A DNA stretch of 64,000 nucleotides from Octopus vulgaris (lineage: Eukaryota). Numbering within the stretch: position 1 is the stretch's first letter; every line of letters starts with the position of its first letter. Where the stretch lies: NCBI GenBank assembly GCA_951406725.2, contig OX597821.1, positions 32,488,001 through 32,552,000 on the forward strand, in the 5' to 3' direction. Shown here in pieces: positions 1 to 11,528 of this stretch. The notes beneath the pieces were generated by a model. That model saw only the letters and a list, made by a program, of their open reading frames with translations. It made no database searches and was not told the DNA's origin. A program made the position numbers and the translations under genes.

Positions 1-599
1 TCTCAACAGTGCACCTTTAAATATGGTTTCTGATTATAAATATCTTGGGTCATACATATCATCATCTGGAAAAGACTTTCTAACTAGAAAGCCTGGTCAG
101 CCTGTAATGACATGCATAAGATCTGGTCATCAAATCTAAGTAGAGACTTCAAACTTGAAATATTCAAAGCCACAGTCGAACCAATCCTACTATATGGCTC
201 AGAAACCTGGACGTTATCAAAGAAGCTTGAGAGGCGATTGGATGGAACCTACACTCGCCTCCTTATGAGAGCTCAAAATCTCTCGTGGAGGCGCCATCCA
301 ACTAAAATGCAAATATATGGGAAATTACCACCTGTGTCATCTCTTGTGAAAGGTAGGAGAGTCCAGTTTGCTGGACATTGTTGTAGAGCTGAAAAAGAAG
401 TAATTTCTACTCATCTCCTCTGGAAGCCATCTACTCGCAACACCAGAGGACGCACACTCTCCTACCCTGATGTAATCTCCAGGGATACAGGCATCCAGCA
501 ACAGGACCTCCGTAATGCTATGATGGAGCGTGAAGTCTGGCGCAACATGGTAAATTCCATTGTCTCGACCACGGTCGAACAATGATGATGATGATGATG
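1..599 (+). mobile_element. RTE-clade LINE, 3' end (C-terminal RT region, ORF 112..585) with (TGA)n tail
   Basis: ORF reads IFKATVEPILLYGSETWTLSKKLERRLDGTYTRLLMRAQNLSW...R.QFAGHC.R, typical of the RTE ORF C-terminus. The stop codon runs directly into atgatgatgatgatgatg (582-599). Confidence 0.85.
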
Positions 600-1584
600 T
601 TGGTCGAGGGTCAACCTCGCCGCCAAAACGTCGGATGCGATGCCGCTTCTAATTGCCTCTTCTAGCTTCTTAACTAGCTCACCCTCTACTCTATTTCTAT
701 CTATGGCTAGTGATTTGCTGTACCTAATCGCTTCTGCTTTTACTGCTCTCTTGAGGGCAAACCACCATTTGTTGTTGATGATGGCTCTCGTCAAAGCCCT
801 CTTTACTAGTGTGCTAATCCGGTCTCTGAAAACTTGTCTGGACGGGAATGATGCGTTCAGTTTCCAGTACCCTTATCTAAGTCTAGCGTACACGTCACCA
901 ATTTGTGATCCGTGTAGCTGACTGTGTGGAATTGTGGACATCCTAAGTTATCCTTGTCTACTGTCCTACACAGTATCCTATCTAGATACGATCTCGACGA
1001 CCCACTGCGGTTGCTCCATGTCCACGTTGGTGCATTTGGGTGGTCGAGTCGGTACCTGTCAGACAGTTGGAATCGTCTGAGCAGGTCTCTGAGGCATTTG
1101 CATCCCCTTCTGTTTCTGTCTCTACCCACGTAGTCTACATGCGTGTCCAAGGTAGCATTCCAATCCCCACTAAGAGTAAAGGACGAGACGTTCCCAAGAA
1201 TACTTCTAGACGTCGAAAGAAATCCGCCCGACCTGTTAAGGGCGGTGCGTAGACTGATACGAGTCGAAAAGCGCACCCATTGCTGCCGTCAACATCCAGA
1301 ACGACCAGTCTACCCTCCGGGTCTACGAATATCGTCTTGACTTCGAGATCCAGTCTCTTGTGAAAAGGTACCGCGGTGCCACTACCGCCCATCCTCGGCA
1401 GACAGGGAGCGAAATAAATGTTAAACTGTCCGCCAAACATGGACTTTAGGGCCCGTGGCTCGTGGAGTCTGGTCTCACTTATGGCTATGATTCCCAAATC
1501 ATGTGACTTGATGTCATTTAGGAGGTATCCTTGTTTCCAAGGAGACCCCAAGCCACGCGCATTCACACAACCAATCTTGACCAT
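600..1584 (-). pseudogene. Tx1-type ORF2 APE endonuclease, frameshifted
   Basis: One-base loss in the G run near 1166 (LLLV/GDWNA), a second frameshift near 870 before GYWKLNAS, then continuation as NNKWWFALKRAVKAEAIRYSK until the RTE tail. Confidence 0.8.
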
Positions 1585-1634
1585 GATTCTATTGGGGTGT
1601 GTGCTTTAAAACACAAAAATGAAAGTACAGAGAG

Positions 1635-3440
1635 TTACTTACTTGTGTCGAAAGTTTTGGCTTCCTCGTTCTTTGATGTGTCTTCGAGGAGGTTTTTATA
1701 CAGTTTTTGGGACAGATATTTCTGGAAACCCCCTACAGCATTTGGGAAGAGGGCTTTGAGTTTGTGGTGTTGTGTTTGTGTGATGTGTAGTATTTTGATG
1801 TGTTTGGGTGGTGTAGTGCGTGGATGATTGCTATTTTTAAAGTCATCTTCACAAATGTTTGTGTATCCTGTGATGTACTCCATTAGTTTGGAGTCTTTGG
1901 TGTCTATCGCTGATAGCATTGTTTTTGTGGTGTTGGTGCTTGTTTTGTTGTGTATGGAGTTTTCAGGGTTCAGGTATCTCCCTGCTTTGGTTGCGATTTC
2001 TTGTTTGGTTTTTCTTGATCTTTTTCTTTTACCCCCTGTGGCTATTTGCCATTCTGTCGAACTTTCGTCGTTGGACGACGTGTCCGAATCAGAAGAGGGT
2101 AAAGGCAAAGCGTTTGGATCTATATGTGTGTTTGTAGAAGGTGTTGTTGTTTTGTGTGGTGTTTGTGTTGTTGGGGTGTTAGGGGCAGAATTTGTCTTTT
2201 CGTCATTGATATTTGTTTTTTTGGTTGTTGTTCTTGGTGCTGGTGTTGGTTTGTCTTTTGATGTTGGTGGTGATGTTGCTTCTTTTGTTGGTTGCGATGT
2301 CGGAGGTAATTCTTTTCTTGGTGATGTGGTTGGTGAGGGGGAAACAGTTTTTGTATCGTCCGCTGTTTTTCCTGTCTTTTGGGTTGAAGGAGGTGTGGGT
2401 AGCAGGGGTTTCCTTCCAGGTTTGGGGAGTGGTTGATGTTGCCTATTTCTGACAGCAGTTGGGCACTCGTATCTAAGGTGTGCCTCACTGTTGCATAAAT
2501 AGCATCTTGGTCTCCTGCCCTCCACCACTACATACAATTTTTGGTTGTTTGCCAGTTGAACAAAGGCTGGTAAATTGTTTATTACTTCTTGGGAGATTTG
2601 AAGAAATATTCCGAGTTTTTTACCCGTCCAGCTTTCCTCTGGAATGTCAACTGTTTCTAAAATATCTGCTTCTTCGTGAACTTGCACGGTAGCAAATTTA
2701 CTTCCCCAATTCACATAATTTCGGAATTTCCACACGGAAGAGAGGCACTTTTCAATTTTTTCTTTAGGTAGGCTTTCCGGTCTTTTTGTTTTGGTGTTAA
2801 GTATTCTATAAATGATGATCTTCTTTTGTGTTTCTTCTATGATGTTCCGTGGAATATGTAAATGTATTGTGTCGCCTTCTCTTGTGAGCAAGGACTTTGT
2901 GTCTTGTATTTGTTGGTGAGTAAATTTTAAGATCCTTCTTTTCGGTCGTATGGCTTCCGCGAAAGTGTTTTTTGTGGAGGTGGTGGTGGTGGTGGTGGTG
3001 GTGGTGATGTTTGTGGCAGAGTCGTTCGTCGTAGTAGTAAACTGTGAAATCGGGTTGTTTACTAGTTTGTGAGTGGAGGTCGCGATGTTAGCGTTCGTGT
3101 TGTTTCCCCCCATTTCCCCTGCTTTATGAGATTGTGGTAGAGGCAGTGTGGGGTACTCAACGTCGTCAAGGAGGGTGTCGGTGACCTTGGTTTTGTTGTT
3201 GTTGGTAGAGGAAGCAGTTGTCGTAGCAGAAGCTGCTATGGTGGTGGTGTCGGTGTTGATGGTGGTGACGGTGCTTGGCTTTACGACCTTTGTTTTATAG
3301 TTGTTGCTGTTGTCGATGCTGATGGTGGTGGTGGTGGTGGTGTTGTTGTCAGGTTCAGCGTATGCTAGCAGGGCATCCTGTTTTTTTGTCTCTGCGTCAC
3401 GCTTGACTTGCAACTCAGCCTCGTGGTGACCAGTGGCCAT
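1635..3440 (-). CDS. LINE ORF1 gag-like nucleic-acid-binding protein (zinc knuckle, Thr/Pro-rich linkers)
   Basis: Open frame 1635..3539, likely starting at ATG 3440 (MATGHHEAEL). Contains VEGRRPRCYLCNSEAHLRYEC (CX2CX4HX4C) and a WQIATGGKRKRSRK basic motif. Confidence 0.75.
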   Translation of the reverse strand: MATGHHEAELQVKRDAETKKQDALLAYAEPDNNTTTTTTISIDNSNNYKTKVVKPSTVTTINTDTTTIAASATTTASSTNNNKTKVTDTLLDDVEYPTLPLPQSHKAGEMGGNNTNANIATSTHKLVNNPISQFTTTTNDSATNITTTTTTTTTSTKNTFAEAIRPKRRILKFTHQQIQDTKSLLTREGDTIHLHIPRNIIEETQKKIIIYRILNTKTKRPESLPKEKIEKCLSSVWKFRNYVNWGSKFATVQVHEEADILETVDIPEESWTGKKLGIFLQISQEVINNLPAFVQLANNQKLYVVVEGRRPRCYLCNSEAHLRYECPTAVRNRQHQPLPKPGRKPLLPTPPSTQKTGKTADDTKTVSPSPTTSPRKELPPTSQPTKEATSPPTSKDKPTPAPRTTTKKTNINDEKTNSAPNTPTTQTPHKTTTPSTNTHIDPNALPLPSSDSDTSSNDESSTEWQIATGGKRKRSRKTKQEIATKAGRYLNPENSIHNKTSTNTTKTMLSAIDTKDSKLMEYITGYTNICEDDFKNSNHPRTTPPKHIKILHITQTQHHKLKALFPNAVGGFQKYLSQKLYKNLLEDTSKNEEAKTFDTSK

Positions 3441-3635
3441 TTTGGAAATAAAATGGCTAAATGGAACCACGAAGGCTATGAGAATTTTTTCTTTTGTGTA
3501 GATATTTATCAAAGGTTTACAGTGGATGTTGTTGCACAACTTTTAAACACAAAATATTTGTCAATATACACTTTTGAACGTACAAAATTACCAACTTACG
3601 TGGAGCCCATTTGACTTGCGTCTGTCTGTCCAGAG

Positions 3636-3767
<132 letters not shown>

Positions 3768-4014
3768 GAATTTTCCCACGCATACCTGTCACTTGTAATC
3801 ATTGTCACTGAAACCTTTACATCAGAAGAGAAATCAGCTAACCATGAATTTTTATGACCTGTAAGGACATGGTTCTTCTTTATGCAACCATAATATGCTA
3901 GAAACTATATTAAACGAATTTATAAGTCAGTTCAGTGTTCTACTGTGTTAGCAGTGCTATTACATCACTTGGTATGGTTACCTCTACAGATTTTCTCTAG
4001 AAATTATATCCAGC

Positions 4015-4195
4015 ACTGATTTTGTTACGAAGTTTCGTATCCAAGACGCCTGATGTAAGCAATAACAATGAGATGGAAGATGGAAAGTGAGTAATGGACG
4101 TATGTGTCATATACGCCCATTATCTATTTCACAACCTTGTTCCGATTGTTCTTTACATCAAGCGTCTCGGAACGAAACGTCCTAACAAAATCAGT
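4015..4195. mobile_element. Old palindromic MITE-like foldback (~180 bp)
   Basis: actgatttttgttacgaagtttcgtatccaagacgcctgatgtaa is an imperfect reverse complement of ttacatcaagcgtctcggaacgaaacgtcctaacaaaatcagt. Inner stem aatggacgtatg/catatacgcccatt. Confidence 0.55.
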
Positions 4196-4428
4196 CCTTA
4201 ACGAATCATGTATTTTGAGGAACCTGTGCAAACATATTAGGACATTGAAACCGGCATGAAGAAAAATGAAACTTTCACAAAACCATTTACATTTCACTAT
4301 ACGTTAGATACTTTATGAAATAAAGGATTGTGTTTAATAAATATTATTATTATTGACTAAACAATTTGAATTCTTTTGCTATAAAGAAGGAAGCTGGGAG
4401 AATTGGCAGAGAAGAAAAACTTAAAGGA

Positions 4429-4572
4429 AATAGAAAAAACAGCATTTATTGAAGCCTTTTTCTTTGTTAGAAAGCACTAATACAAAACATTGTTTAATAC
4501 AGAGAATTTGCTAGGTATCACGAAGGCTACTCTAATTACTCGAAAGTTGAACATGTTTACAGGCACTGTAAA
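4429..4572. repeat. ~140-bp direct repeat, copy 1 (copy 2 at ~5615-5756)
   Basis: agcatttattgaagcctttt...gttagaaagcactaa...ggtatcacgaaggctactctaattactcgaaagttgaacatgtttacaggcactgtaaa is present at both positions. Confidence 0.9.
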
Positions 4573-4762
4573 CATTGATTGGTTGAAATTGCCGAAATAC
4601 GAGAACTCTAACGGGAAATAACTTCGCAAATATAAGTTTTTCTCAAAAGTGTAAAGAGTAAAAGATGTCTTATATGATACATTCTACCAGTGTCCGAAGT
4701 TTGAAAGTGTTTAGTTACAAATAATTATTTTCTTAATCTGTAGGTCAAAAGGCAAAGATCCC
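4573..4762 (+). mobile_element. Right half of the GGGATC-TIR MITE family (full copies at 19344 and 24912)
   Basis: Matches their 3' half (attgattggttgaaattgc...cattctaccag...gaagtttgaaagtgtttagttac...aaagatccc). Confidence 0.75.
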
Positions 4763-5540
4763 CTTTTTCTTTTAGGGAATGGACATCTACCTTTTTTGTC
4801 TTTTTTACCTTTTCGCAGTGTGACCTTACGTGTCCCTTCTCGCCACATTTAAAACACCTCGGTCTTCGACCTTCCACCGAGACACGGGCAATTAGTTCCT
4901 CCCCATAGAACCTCATTTGGGGCCTGTACGACAATTTCCAGGGTTTGACCTTTCCAATTAATGGCTTCCCTCCTTCTCGTTTGTAGTATAGTTATTTCCT
5001 CATCGGCGTCATGGATAACCGCAGCGGCCAATCATGACGCTTCGTACCCGGTCGGTATTTCCTCTATTCTGATTTTTGCTGTCCTCCTTCCTAAATCTGT
5101 CGGAAGGAGGATTATTTCGTCGTACCTTAATGTCTGAGTTGATATCTGCTTTGCCATTTCGACATCATTAAAATGCGCCTCCACAGCAGCGCTTCTCACT
5201 CCTTTTTCTATGTATACGATTTTGCCCCATATGGGCGCCAGACACTTTTCCACTGTTTCATTTTTGTAGGCATTATTTTCTTTCTTTTTTTATGCCAGGC
5301 TTTATATAGTCTCTGGTGGTGGGAAGAGTTTGGTGTCACTTCCCGTCTTCTTTATAAGATTTCTGAACTTGAACAATTGTCCCTTTGTAACGTTCATATC
5401 TATAAAGTTGCCCCCAGCGGCTGCTGAAAGGCTCGGTTTTTCACCTTCATTCGATTCAACATTTCCTTGCATTGAGTATGAGGGGAAATCTTTATTTGAG
5501 TTTAAATCGAATTCTATTTTTTTTTTTAGACTCAACATTG
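4763..5540 (-). pseudogene. Second gag-like LINE ORF1 relic, homologous to 1635..3440
   Basis: Fragments MEKCLAPIWGK..., EEITILQT..NWKGQTLEI, VSVEGRRPRCFKCGEKGHVRSHC align with IEKCLSSVWK, EEADILET..SWTGKKLGI, VVVEGRRPRCYLC of the first ORF1. Contains a stop and frameshifts. Confidence 0.75.
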
Positions 5541-5614
5541 TCTTTACAGATAACAACGTAGAAACAATACACCTTCTGTCACAAATGACAAAAGTAGAAA
5601 GAAATATTTCTCCC

Positions 5615-5756
5615 AATAGAAAAACCAGCATTTATTGAAGCCTTTTCTTTGTTAGAAAGCACTAAAACAAAACATTTTTAATACAGAGAATATGTTAGGT
5701 ATCACGAAGGCTACTCTAATTACTCGAAAGTTGAACATGTTTACAGGCACTGTAAA
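5615..5756. repeat. ~140-bp direct repeat, copy 2
   Basis: Near-identical to 4429-4572. Confidence 0.9.
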
Positions 5757-7366
5757 TTTCTGCCCCGTTGGGCGAAAACCCCGTCGAAACGACGTCAAAA
5801 CTGCGATTTACACAGGAATCCACAGAACAACAAATAGTATAACACTTAAGAAAATCACCAATAAAAATAAGACTCACACTATCAAAGGTTCCAGCAGGAA
5901 ACGATGTTGCTACGGGGGCAACTCTGAATGAACTAGATAAAGCTTGTTGCTTTGTATATAATTCAGCCAACACGTTGAATGATTTGCCCTAGTGGGCCAC
6001 CCGATCAAGAAAAATAACGAGATTACCAAGAGATGAACAATCAAGAAAGATAGTAGCATTTTGATCATTCCCTAGATATTTAAGATTTGTTGGAGCAATC
6101 GGTCAAACTCTGAATAAATACGATTGATAAATGACATTCACAGCAGCATACTTTGGGAAAATATATAATTGAGGTGTGTTACTTTACCATATAATACTTC
6201 TATGAGCTATACTATCATCGGATGCATTTTTAATCAAGTTTCATATGTGTAAGTGTTTGTGTGTTAGTGTGTTTACGTTAAAGCGGATACCAAAGATTTG
6301 AATGATTTCAAAATATACGTTTTCTACCTACCAGTTAAATAGGGCTCCAAAATAATTACTCGGCTTTCTCTCTGACTCATAATAGACGTTATCAAGGAAG
6401 TATAAATCTCAACTCAATCTAATGGCAATTTTTATTTCAAATAAAATTATATCCTATCGATAATTTAAACTATTAAGCCAGTCTTGTGTTATAGGAACTG
6501 TGCTCATACGATATATAAAATGCATCTTTATACTTCTTCACTTCACGTTGCCTTAATAACGAGTAAGTATAGTGTTCGTTACTTACATAATTGAAGGAAA
6601 TTCTTCTTATTTGATTTGACATTCATTCAATTAATATCTTTAATTTTCTCTTGAATAAAACCATATCCCTGCCATTGAGCTACACTCACACACCTCCCTC
6701 AAAGACACCTATATATTCACACGATTTCCAAGATGAATGTGTAGACATTCATTCTGCATACTTTCTTAAGGGCGAATTTTATGGCATTCGTACCTTACAT
6801 AACCAAGGTCTGATATTTATTTGATTTGACGTTCAAGTGAACTGAAATTTGATTACGGTAAATGTAATCTATATCTTTTATGCAAGTCAAATGCATCTTC
6901 TTTGAATACGAAATGGGATTCTAGGTATAAGAAATAATACATAATGTGTGTTTGTGCCTGCGTACGTCATGCATATGTGTTGTGAGTGAGAATATGCATG
7001 TGTACGTGAGCGTTTGTATGTGTGTATATGAGTGGTGTATGTGTGTATGTGGGGAGTACGTGCGTGTGTTCGCTCAGCGCACTGGGATTTATAAATGCAA
7101 ATGATTGGAAATGTCTTTGCGTGTGTATAAATGATGGCCTGTTTGAACATCTACGTTGCATTGCATATATGATTATATTATGTCAAATTTAAAAGCGTGT
7201 GCATGTGTTTGTATGTATGCGTGTGTGTGTGTGTATGTGTGAAATATATATAAATATGCACATGCATAGATACATATATATGCATACATAAAAACCAGCA
7301 CACAGATACACACAAACACACACCTACATACGTGCGCACTTATGTGTGTGTGCATACGTGTACGTG

Positions 7367-7406
<40 letters not shown>

Positions 7407-7413
7407 CATATAA

Positions 7414-7458
<45 letters not shown>

Positions 7459-8007
7459 TGTGATTGAATAAATTACTCAGTATGCGTGTGTATGTGTGTG
7501 CACACGCGCAGATATATGTATGTAAATATGCTTCTATATGTTTGCTAGTGATTCAGGTCAGCTTCGATTCGTGTTTCTACTATCATCTGAAGTGTTGTGA
7601 CTGTCCAAGGATTGACGATAGTTGATTAACCTTGTGCAGAGCTAAACCCATCCTCTTTTCCATTCGACGTAAGATGTATTTCTTCACTTGTTTCTCCATG
7701 GTAAAGTCGGTGCGCTCAGAAAATCATTCTAATGTCAGAAGTGGAGAGAACGAATGCGAGAGATTAGTTATTGTCAGTATTACTATGTAAGGAAATCTGG
7801 TTAGAACACTAATCTACTGTAATTGAGTAATTAATGGGCTTAATTTTCATATTAAATAACGATATTTAGTATCGATTTAGAATTGGGTAAATATTAACAC
7901 TTACAGCTTGTGACTACATGAAGTTAGTGCTTCAATTAACAGTAAATTGCGTTTGTAAATATTGGACAATGAGCTATGAAACTGATTGCTATCAGGTGTG
8001 GCTGTCT

Positions 8008-8412
8008 AGGAGCAGGTGAGGCTGTGCGGTAAGAAGTTTGCTTCCCAACCACATCGCTCCCGGTTCAATCCCACTGCGTGGCATCTTGGGCAAGTGACTT
8101 CTGCGAAAGACTTGCCAGTGGATTTCGTAGACGTATGTGTTTGTGTGCAGGGAGTGAGTGTGTGTGTAAATGTATGCGTCAGTGTGTGTGTGTGTGTGCG
8201 TGTCTGTGCATGTATTTTTATTTGTCCCCCACCACCACTTGATAACCGGTGGTGGTGTGTTTGTGTCCCTGTGACTTAACGATTTGCCAAAAGCGGCCGA
8301 TAGAATAAGTACAGCTCCGAAAAAAATGTACTGGCGTCAATTCGTTCGGCTAAGGTTTCTCAAAGTTTTGCCCCAGTATGGCCGCAGTCTGAAGACTGAA
8401 GCAAGTAAAAAA
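8008..8412 (+). mobile_element. tRNA-derived SINE family A, diverged copy
   Basis: A-box-like ggctgtgcggt, B-box ggttcaatccc, cttgggcaagtg core, internal (TG)n. Homologous to 62892-63309. Confidence 0.8.
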
Positions 8413-9497
8413 TATATATAAAAGGTCAACAAAAAACAGTATACATTGAGAATATTATAACGAGAACTAGTTTCTTCTATTCACTGCTTGATGAAATAAA
8501 ATTTATGGAAGTATGTAAAAAGAAACGTACAATTTATATATATTTATTTCAATATTTCTTCTATACGCTATTTTGAAATCTGAAAAAAAAGACAGTGAAT
8601 TCAAATACGTTCATTTTCTGCCATTACATCATTTGCAATAACCATGATTTTTTTTATCTCTTCTCCCCGCCCCACAAGTTTAATGAATGAGGTGATATTA
8701 CGAAAACTAGTTTCAAAAGCTGAAGGTTAAGCAGATACGAATATGCTATAAACTGACATAGAAAACATCATATCCTTGCAGGCGAACAATCACATAAGGC
8801 AAATCAAGGAGCCGTGTAGTTTCAGTATTATAGAGCCTGCCAAGGGAAATAATCGTCGGCCGGGCATGTTCAAGATCTATAAAAACATTGTGTGGGCCTA
8901 TTCCGCTCAGTCTTTGTCACTTTTTTCATCTGATTTTCTATAAATTCACCATAAAACTGTAGCATACATTCCACCCAAATCTACCTAAGTTTAACTTGAA
9001 GTTGACGAATGCTTGGTCTGCAGACCTTACATTCTGTCTTCAATCTTTTTCTGTTTTGCTCGCCATTGAAGGCCGTTTACCAAAGCCACCGCAAACAAAA
9101 CTTTTTTCTATGTGTGATCAAAACAAGCTGATGGAGTATTACATATGGTAAATTAAGCTGATAGCTGATAAGTCCAACGCTCAAAGACAGCTGAGTTACT
9201 GAACGAGTTCGTGCAGGGTTGTTTCGTTTTCCTGCACACCCCTCCTTCATGGTAAACTAGCAGCACTAAACTCATCAGGACCTTCAGTCTATCAACCAAC
9301 GACGGTGCCTAGCCTACGGTGAAATTGACGGTTCAGTTGCCGATGTACATACCAATGATTTATCTTGATAGATGTCTGCCCGTGTTGGTACATCATTCCC
9401 CAAGTCGGTGAGCTGGCCGATTTGTTAGCACGCTGCGAAAATATATATATAATATCGTATTGAGTGGGATGGTACTGATGTAGTTGAACAAGTGCGA

Positions 9498-9960
9498 AAG
9501 TAGTAGTAGTAGTAGTAGTAGTAGGAGGAGGAGGAGGAGGAGGAGGAGGAGGAGGAGGAGGAAAGAATGATGTATCAGAGGAGGAGGAAGGAGAGGAGGA
9601 AGAGGAAAAGGTGGAGGAATGAGAAAAGGAAGAGGAAAAGGAGGAGAAAGGAGTAGGAGGAAGGAGGAGGAGGAAGAGGTAAAGGAGGAGGATGAAAAGG
9701 AAAAGTAAAAGGACAAGTAAAAAAGAGAGGAGGGCGAGATGAGAAGACATGACGAATGAGAAGGAGAAGCGTGGAGAAGGAGTAAGGGAGAAATGTGAAG
9801 GGGAGGAGGCGGAGGAAGAATTGGAATAGGGCGAATGGAAGGATATGAAGGAGAAAAAGACGTGGTAGTGGAGTTGAGCCGGCGAGGAAGAGTGGGAACT
9901 ACTGTGGAGTGGAGGGATGGAAGAGAAGAGGATGAAGAAAGGGAAAACGAACAACGTGAA
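9498..9960. repeat. (AGT)n/(AGG)n and purine-rich low-complexity tract
   Basis: Direct inspection. Confidence 0.9.
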
Positions 9961-10921
9961 TGATCACAGGAAAGTAAAAGAGTTTAAGGGTTTCGTTAAA
10001 TAAGATTGGTAAAGTGCTGGAGAAAGGGACGACGTGAAAGCAGAAGACCGAACAGAATAAGTACGAAATTCGAATGTTATAATTAAAGGGAAAAAAATTG
10101 CATGTTGTTGGCTGCGCCTGCGCATGCATATATACTGTTTATATTTTTTTTAAATGATTAATTTGCAAATACCTATTTTTATTTTTGTTACCTGTATGTG
10201 TAGTGACCTTTTACATGGAAATTGCGCATCGCGTTTTTTTTTTGTTTTTTGTTTTTTTATCGAGGTATACGGAAACACATATTTCAAAATATATATTTTG
10301 TTGAAATACTGACTGTAACGGATATGAACTCGCTTAATTTCCTGGGAAGATATTCAGTCCTTTGTAAACAAAAAACACACACACACTCACATGCATACGC
10401 ACGCACCACATGCACATGCACTCACGCACACACACGCACATGTTATAATTACGTGAAACACCTATATGAACACAAGCAGACTAGCATCAATACATATTTA
10501 TGTACACTCGTTTTCTAAAATACCTCAGTTTTTCAAACATTTTTTACATTACAGTTTCTCTCTGCGTACTGATGTATATGTCTATACGTTTATGTGTGTG
10601 TGTGCCATACATACATACATACATACACACATACACACGCACATACATACATACACATACATACATACACACACATACATACATACATACATACATACAT
10701 ACATACATACATACATACATACATACATACATACATACATACATACAGATAGATAGAGATATGGTTGTGTGATTAAGAAATAAACTTTGCGTTCACATAG
10801 GTTCCGCTTAAGTTCCTCGGTAGAATAGCTTCGACAATGATTTGTGAGTGAACGGGATAGACGAGATTTGTGCGGATCCCCGTGGTATGTGTGTGTGTAT
10901 CATATATATATATATATATAT

Positions 10922-11098
10922 ATAATTATAATTAGGGTTCAGCTATCTGCTTCACCACATACCGAAATTAGAAATAGGAGTTAAAAATTCCCTTTCTGCT
11001 ACTATAAGGTTCTTATAGTAGCAGAAAGGGAATTTTTAACTCCTATTTCTAATTTCGGTATGTGGTGAAGCAGTTAGCTGAACCCTAATTATAATTAT
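10922..11098. repeat. 87-bp-arm near-perfect inverted repeat within a (TA)n-flanked insert
   Basis: 10922-11008 is the reverse complement of 11012-11098 with one mismatch and a 3-nt loop. Confidence 0.93.
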
Positions 11099-11229
11099 GT
11101 GGATTATTTTACCTATAAAAGATGTTTTAACGTACCGATCTACTTGGTAAAATTGTTAATTAATTGATTAATTTAATTAATAAATTTTACCCTTCGATTA
11201 TTAATTTGAAATTATATATATATATATAT

Positions 11230-11528
11230 AACGTAAAGTGTACTAGCCATCTGAATGTAGCTAGCCACTGGGGGTGGGTGTTACTGACGCTTTTAGCCCC
11301 AGGAGATCGACGTCCCCAGCTGGCCTTAGACACAATTTCTGTGCCCTTATGATATTTGCAAAGGGAGGTCATCCTCCCTCGAAAACCTAAGTGATACATA
11401 TGGACTATACTTTCAAGGTTTTTGCCTCTCGTCAGCGTATGGTAAACACCGGTTTTCGATGAAGGAGACCTTTGCAAATAATATTTAATGTTTTTCCCAG
11501 CTACCACAGTCACTGATTTATTAATGCT
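11230..11528 (-). mobile_element. (TA)n-flanked hammerhead-bearing element, 360-bp family (related to 46487-46967)
   Basis: Shares agccatctgaatgt, gttactga.gc.tttagccccagg, gcaaagggag, gtatggtaa.cacc and accacagtcactg with 46487-46967. Confidence 0.75.
11397..11441 (-). ncRNA. Type I hammerhead ribozyme motif, partly degenerate
   Basis: Minus strand CATACG-CTGACGA-GAGG caaaaa CCTT-GAAA-GTATAG-TC-CATATG. Position 15.2 appears changed C to G, and stem I has one mismatch. Confidence 0.7.

Larger units (their letters stand above)
600..3634 (-). mobile_element. Tx1/L1-clade non-LTR retrotransposon, 5' portion (ORF1 plus start of ORF2), interrupted by the RTE at ~600
   Basis: Gag-like ORF1 with a CCHC knuckle, followed 50 bp later by an APE endonuclease ORF2 with L1/Tx1 motifs NARGL, ISETR, VYAP, GDWNA, SYLDRIL, TDHKLV, GYWKLNAS. 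Confidence 0.85.

Noticed and set aside
1828-2436. 202-aa hydrophobic ORF on the + strand
   Set aside because: Antisense shadow of the Thr/Pro/Lys-rich LINE ORF1.
9292-9954. 220-aa Ser/Pro-rich ORF
   Set aside because: Antisense reading of a purine-rich low-complexity tract; no domain signal.
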